Part shown: piece by piece, positions 59,476-64,000 of the stretch
Numbering within the stretch: the stretch's first letter is position 1
Layout of the letters: the number at the start of each line of letters is the position of its first letter
DNA from: Bacillota bacterium
Lineage (GTDB): Bacteria > Bacillota > Sulfobacillia > RBS10-35 > JAJYVN01
Direction: 5' to 3'
Length of the DNA: 64,000 nt
Assembly (NCBI GenBank): GCA_021797775.1
Contig: JAJZZC010000005.1
Coordinates: 5,719-69,718 of the forward strand
The notes under the pieces: model-generated
Databases searched by the model: none
What the model was told of the DNA's origin: nothing
Seen by the model: only the letters and a program-made list of their open reading frames with translations
Made by a program: the position numbers and the translations under genes

Positions 59476-60318
59476 GTGGACGAGTGGGAGCGCTGGCTGG
59501 CGGTGGACCGCTTCAGGGGCTCGACCACCGAGGAGGTGCACGCGGGGATCGCCTTCATTGCCGCGGTGCGCGAGCGCCTGGTTCAGGAGGCGGCGGTGGG
59601 ACCAGGCGACATCGTGCTGGAAATTGGTTGTGGGGCCGGGGAGTTCCTGCCGCGTTTGCTGGCCGTCGTGGGTGCAACCGGCCAGGTCCTGGCCCTGGAC
59701 CACTCGCCTGGCCTCTGTGCGCAGGCCGAGGCCGCGCTGTCCGGCCACCCGGCGCGCGCCCGCTTGCGCGTCGACCAGGGCGACATGCGCCGGCTGCCCT
59801 ACCCGGACGCCTCGGTAGACGTGGTCCTCTGCCGGTCTGTGCTGCAGTACGCCGAGGACGGGCTACCGGCCGTGGCGGAGGAGATCGCCCGCGTCCTGCG
59901 ACCCGGTGGGCGGATGGCCGCCTTCGAGGTGCTGCCGGGGGACGGCACGCCGCTTCTGCCCGTGCCGCGGGGGGAGGGGCAGCGCCGGGCCCACGCGGAG
60001 GCCATGGCCCGTTGGGCCGGCCTCCCTTATGCGCTCTCTCGCGCCGCCCTGGCCGCGGCGTTCGGCCCGCCGCTCTTCCGCCCAACCACCATCTTCGCTT
60101 CGGTCACGGAGTGGCAGCAGCCATACGCCCGCGAGGTGTTCGCGACCATCCTCGATCAGGTGCCCCGTCCGGGCTGTCCGTCGCTCGCCGACCTGTACAC
60201 GCGCGGGCTGTCTCCGGAGTTGCGCCAGGGGTGGGAGGCACTGCTCGCCGACGCCACCGACCAGGCGCAGCGGGGGGCCTGGGCGTACCTCTCCGCCCGC
60301 CGCTCCGTAGCGGGCTGA
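59476..60318 (+). CDS. Class I SAM-dependent methyltransferase
   Basis: Motif I VLEIGCGAGEF, post-I LALDHS, and motif II/III PYPDASVDVVLCRSVLQY. Confidence 0.8.
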   Translation: MDEWERWLAVDRFRGSTTEEVHAGIAFIAAVRERLVQEAAVGPGDIVLEIGCGAGEFLPRLLAVVGATGQVLALDHSPGLCAQAEAALSGHPARARLRVDQGDMRRLPYPDASVDVVLCRSVLQYAEDGLPAVAEEIARVLRPGGRMAAFEVLPGDGTPLLPVPRGEGQRRAHAEAMARWAGLPYALSRAALAAAFGPPLFRPTTIFASVTEWQQPYAREVFATILDQVPRPGCPSLADLYTRGLSPELRQGWEALLADATDQAQRGAWAYLSARRSVAG

Positions 60319-60643
60319 CCCCGTCCCCCGACCTGCAGGCGCCTGTCCCGTCACCCCGCGGCACGGGCCCGTGCGGGCGGACACTGTGGACCACGCCGTC
60401 CAACGCCGTGCCTCCCCCCCGGCCGCCGGGGTGGATGGTGGGGGTGTGCGCGAGAGGCCCAAACTCGGGGCCGCTGCGCAGGCGCATGGCTGACCTTCCG
60501 ACGGCTGATCGCCGCGCGGCCCTCTGGGAGGCGCGGCAGCCATGGCAACCACGCCGGTGCTAGGCAAGGCAGGTTGCCTAGCTGCCAGATGGCGTGGCCT
60601 CGCCGGCAGGGTCCGCCCAAAGTCCGCCGCGGCCGGGGCGTCA

Positions 60644-60790
60644 ACCTGAATTTCGCAGTGTCAGGCGGGCGCCGTCGGCGCTGAAGAACCCGCGACGCGA
60701 GCGGGTGAGACCCTGGCAAGGGTGCGAGTCCTGGGCGCCAAGCCGACGGACCGTCCCTTTGCGAAAACCAGGTTCAATCGCCGCCGCCCG
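60644..60790 (+). repeat. Copy B of the conserved non-coding element (see 13416-13565)
   Basis: Same ordered blocks as copy A, roughly three-quarters identical by eye, with one indel. Lies between convergent genes and overlaps the 3' end of a gene remnant on the minus strand. Confidence 0.5.
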
Positions 60791-61010
60791 CGGTGGCGAG
60801 CCGCTCCGGCGCGCCGCTCGCGCGGCTCCGGTTGGCCGCTTCCAGGAACGCCACGATTTCCAGCGTCTCTCTCAGGTCCACGGGGGATGTGCGCGTCCGG
60901 CAGCACGCCAGGATGACGGGCAGCATGCAGGCGTAGTCGGGTGGGCCTCCGCGGTTGCTCGTCTGCGCCGCGCCCCCCGCGGTGAAGACGGTGCAGCCGA
61001 AGTCCCCGCA
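60774..61010 (-). pseudogene. Start-less C-terminal gene remnant (oxidoreductase-like tail, family uncertain)
   Basis: Open frame of 78 codons bounded by stops, with a protein-like sequence (PDYACMLPVILACCRTRTSPVDLRETLEIVAFLEAANRSRASG) but no plausible start. Absent from the ORF track for that reason. Confidence 0.3.
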
Positions 61011-61113
61011 TCAGAACGGACCCGGGCTGTTGGGTCGGGCTGGCGACCCAGGCCGGCAGCGCCGCCGCCCGAAGCCCGTGCTTGATCTGTGGGGATCAGT
61101 CGGTCCGTCGCCT

Positions 61114-62097
61114 TCAGGCGCGGGTACCGCCTACTGGCGCGGCGCCCTTCCCCGTGGTCAGGTCGGCGACCACGAACCCGCCGCTGGTGCTGGCGGGGGG
61201 TGCCACGGGGCCTTGCTGGGTGAGGTGGGGTCCGGGCTCGCGGAGCACGGGGCGCCAATCCACCCGGTTCAGCGGGGAGAGCGGGCCGCCGTCGAGGGCG
61301 GCTTGGGCGGAAACGAATCTCACCTGCCCAGGATCGGCGAACGGGGTGTAGCCAGAGCCGCTGGACGGGTCTTCCATGAGCCAGCCGGCGCTCTGGCGCG
61401 CGCTGGCGCAGCCGTAGCACCAGGCGTCGGCGCTCTGCGCCGTAGACGCGTCCGTCACGCTGAGTACCCAGGTGTTCGTGCGGGGGTCCGCCAGTTGCAC
61501 GGAGACCTCGATGCGGTCGCCGGGGTGCAGCGCCAGGGGCAGTGGGTGTGGCGGCGTCGGTTGCTGGGGCTCGTTGATCCACCACGGCGCGACCACATCC
61601 CAGGTCGAGCCGTCCGAGTGCATCGATACGCCCGCCTGGAGCAACTCGCTACCGCCCTTGGCTTGCAGGCCGATGCCCGCCCAGATCGCGACCCAGGCCC
61701 CCGCGGGGGCCGCGCCGGGTGCAAGCGCCGCCGGCGACGCGGGAAGGACGAACTCCGCCGCCACCGCCGTAAAGCCGTGTCCGGGAGGGGCGTAGGCCAC
61801 GTACCCGGCGGCCCACGCGCCGAAAGTGAGGGGCGATGCCGCCGTGCCGCGCCCCCCCATCGACCTCGCGGGCATGCACGCCGTGTTTCGGGTGCCGCTG
61901 CGCGGGGATGCGCGCACGGTCCAAAGGCGAGGTGCCAGGCGGGCGACAGACGGACCCACGGCGGCGAGTACGGAGGCCGTGGCCAGCGCCAAACAGGCCC
62001 GAAGCCTGGTGGCCCGGCGTGGGCGGCCCCCGGTGTGGCCGGAGACGAGGGATCGGGTGGGGGGGCATGCCCCGGGAACGCGCCATCCATGGCGCAT
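61114..62097 (-). CDS. Secreted G1-family (eqolisin / Peptidase_A4-like) glutamic peptidase, tentative
   Basis: Signal-like RLRACLALATASVLAAVG. WVAIWAGIG...ELLQAG (catalytic Gln context) and SAGWLMEDPSS (catalytic Glu context), then FADPGQVRFVSA. Confidence 0.6.
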   Translation of the reverse strand: MRHGWRVPGACPPTRSLVSGHTGGRPRRATRLRACLALATASVLAAVGPSVARLAPRLWTVRASPRSGTRNTACMPARSMGGRGTAASPLTFGAWAAGYVAYAPPGHGFTAVAAEFVLPASPAALAPGAAPAGAWVAIWAGIGLQAKGGSELLQAGVSMHSDGSTWDVVAPWWINEPQQPTPPHPLPLALHPGDRIEVSVQLADPRTNTWVLSVTDASTAQSADAWCYGCASARQSAGWLMEDPSSGSGYTPFADPGQVRFVSAQAALDGGPLSPLNRVDWRPVLREPGPHLTQQGPVAPPASTSGGFVVADLTTGKGAAPVGGTRA

Positions 62098-62323
62098 CGA
62101 CGGAGACCCCTTCTGCTCTTTGCTTTGGTGCGGAGCCCTGGGGGCGTCCGGCATCCATGCCGAGGCGCCCCCGCCCTATATCGGTGCCTCGGGTCCCTTC
62201 GTTGAGGCGCCACCTGCAGCGATGGCCCGGCACCGGCGCCCGCACGCTGCGGGGCGCGGCGACCGTCGACGAGCGGCTGCCCTGCCTCGGCACGCAGGGT
62301 CGCGTCGTTCTCGGCAAACGGCC

Positions 62324-62653
62324 TCAGCGACAAAGGCTGGCACGGTACACCCCAGACGGATCCGGCGGCACCGGTTGATACGTGCCGTCGGTATCGAGCA
62401 GCCAGAAGTCCGCCCGTTGGCATCCGGGTCGCGGGTCGACCACCCAGTACTCCCGTGCGCCACCTTCCTGGTATTCGTAGAACTTGTCCGCCCGATCGCG
62501 CGCCACACTGTCCGGGGAAACGATCTCCACCACGAGGTCCGCTGGTCCGTCGAGCCGGTCGGGCAGAGCCCTACGGCCAACGGCCGAAACGGGGGTGGAC
62601 GTGCGTTTGCGAGCGGCCGGGCGCATCGCCGCCGTGGCCGCCACCCGAGGCAA
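62324..62653 (-). pseudogene. Uma2-family (DUF820) endonuclease C-terminal fragment
   Basis: ADLVVEIVSPDSVARDRADKFYEYQEGGAREYWVVDPRPG is the conserved C-terminal half. The N-terminal half is replaced by unrelated Arg/Ala-rich sequence. Confidence 0.55.
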
Positions 62654-62868
62654 ACGCGCTGGGACTCAGTGCCACCCGCGCGCTGCGGCAGCTCCGCCCC
62701 ACGCCATCGGTCTCCGCTCCCCTGCCAATGCCGCCAGGTGTGCACGGCCTCCGAGCCGAAGCAGGCCTCCGAGGCCGCCGAGCCATACGGGTCCGCGCGG
62801 CCGAGGGTGCAGCCGCCGGGAACGGGCCCTGGGGTGCCACCTCGCGCGGGTGCGAGGAGGGGAGCCGC

Positions 62869-63495
62869 GTGCGCGCGGTCGTGGTGGAGCGACCCGGCGT
62901 GTACCATGTGGGCGAGGTGGACGCGCCGCGCCCGGGGCCGGGCGAGGTGGCGGTTGAGGTCCGGGCCTGCGGGCTCTGCGGCACGGACGTGCACATCGCG
63001 CACGGGCAGTTCCCACCGGCCCCCTACCCGCTGATCCCGGGCCACGAATTCGCGGGCGTGGTCGTGGCGCACGGCGAGGGCGTGGCCTCGCCCGCCGTCG
63101 GCGCGCGGGTCGCGGTGGACCCCACGCTCGCCTGCGGCGGCTGCGAGCCCTGCCGGGAGGGCCACCCCAACCTCTGTGCCCATTGGGCGGCCATCGGCGA
63201 CACCACTGCCGGGGGCCTCGCCGAGCGCGTGGCCGTCCCGGCGGCGAACTGCTGTCGTTCCCCCCAGGGTCGCGTCGTTCTGGGCGATTCGCTTGCGCCA
63301 CAGGCGATTGCGGGCGCAGGCCGAATTCGCGGCGTACGGCCGTCAGTGGCCCCCGTGACCCCACGGGCGCCGCGGCCGCATCGTGGCGCCAAACCTGTGC
63401 GCAGCAAGCGGTGGCCCCGCGAGCGGACCGGCATGCCGGTCCGAAGTCACCCCCGCTCGTGGCGCCGTCTGGGCGAAGGCCCCCCGCCGGAATGA
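62869..63495 (+). pseudogene. Zinc-dependent alcohol/threonine dehydrogenase, N-terminal ~130 aa intact then disrupted
   Basis: VEVRACGLCGTDVHIAHG, GHEFAGVV and the structural-zinc motif CGGCEPCREGHPNLC. After ...VAVPAANC (about 63255) the frame continues as non-homologous sequence, and no Rossmann domain follows. Confidence 0.6.
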
Positions 63496-63599
63496 AGCCA
63501 CCCTGTCGTTCCCCCGTGCCCGGCAGGTGCCCCGGCGCCTCCGGCGAACGGCGGCCTTCGGTCCCCACTCCACCCACGGTCCGACGAGGAGACAAAACC

Positions 63600-64000
63600 A
63601 TGCGCCTGGCCGTGAGTTCCTATTCCTTCTGGCACTTCCGCGGGGAGCCCTACCCGATGGAGCAGGTGCTGGACGCCGCCGCGCGCCTCGACCTGGCGGG
63701 CGTCGAGGTCCTGGAGCGGCAGTTGGGTGCGGAGCCCGAACGGTCGCGCCTCCTGCGCCTGCGCCGCCAGGCCCTCACCCTGGGCCTCGACCTCTACGGC
63801 CTCTCCACGCACCAGGATTTCGTCTCACCGGACGCCGAGGTGCGGGCCGAGCAGGTGCGCCGCACGGTGCGTTCCCTGGAGCTGGCGGCCGATCTGGGCA
63901 TCGCCTGCATCCGGCTGAATTCGGGCCGTTGGAAGACGATCACCAGCTTCGACGATCTGATGGCCGCCGGGGGCATCGAGCCACCCTTGCCCGGTTACAG
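63600..64000 (+). CDS. Sugar phosphate isomerase/epimerase (xylose-isomerase-like TIM barrel), 5' part only; runs off the window
   Basis: MRLAVSSYSFWHF...LDLAGVEVLERQL...LYGLSTHQDF...LELAADLGIACIRLNSG. The frame is open to the window end. Confidence 0.7.
   Translation, partial: MRLAVSSYSFWHFRGEPYPMEQVLDAAARLDLAGVEVLERQLGAEPERSRLLRLRRQALTLGLDLYGLSTHQDFVSPDAEVRAEQVRRTVRSLELAADLGIACIRLNSGRWKTITSFDDLMAAGGIEPPLPGY

Overview
Very GC-rich bacterial chromosomal window. Third codon positions are almost always G or C, RBSs are GGAGG-type, and GTG/TTG starts are frequent. Most long antisense ORFs in the track are therefore shadow ORFs. The taxon cannot be fixed from the sequence; the gene content resembles a high-GC Firmicutes-like (Thermaerobacter/Limnochordia/Symbiobacterium-type) or actinobacterial organism.

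Layout:
(1) 1-14.5 kb is housekeeping, all on the + strand: ccmH-ccmF cytochrome c maturation, tgt, glutamate dehydrogenase, an acyl-CoA carboxyltransferase with a small OadG-like subunit and a biotin carrier, 5-formyl-THF cyclo-ligase, a membrane protein and ychF.
(2) 15.3-16.2 kb is a tRNA cluster (Val-TAC, Phe-GAA, Cys-GCA) with a frameshifted integrase remnant between Val and Phe.
(3) 16.14-28.59 kb is a ~12.4 kb integrated element in tRNA-Cys, bounded by a perfect 52-bp direct repeat. It carries a tyrosine integrase, an Xis-like HTH, an XRE repressor, a DUF3987-like protein, Prim-Pol/PriCT, an SF2 helicase, a 4+4 inverted iteron array (putative ori) and a block of small orphan ORFs. No virion or conjugation genes were recognised.
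(4) tRNA-Val(GAC) and a DeoR regulator follow.
(5) 31.2-51.6 kb is a large accessory surface/carbohydrate locus. It holds two separate pairs of sugar-ABC permeases, a giant ~1190-aa solute-binding protein, a four-gene MacB/YknXYZ-like module (ATPase, lipoprotein adaptor, 1016-aa double-FtsX permease, and a second ATPase with an AbrB-like tail), an NHL-propeller/Yip1 fusion and an ~800-aa secreted DUF5696-like protein. No sugar-type ATPase is present.
(6) 52.3-58.5 kb holds an ACT-domain protein, a molybdenum hydroxylase in the order 2Fe-2S / Moco / FAD, and lysA.
(7) 58.5-64 kb holds a hypothetical protein, a methyltransferase, a G1-type peptidase, several gene remnants, and the start of a sugar-phosphate isomerase/epimerase running off the window.

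The best candidates for something new are the replicative tRNA-Cys island with its orphan cargo, the composite SBP / NHL-Yip1 / DUF5696 / MacB locus, and a ~130-nt non-coding element present in two diverged copies (13.4 kb and 60.7 kb).
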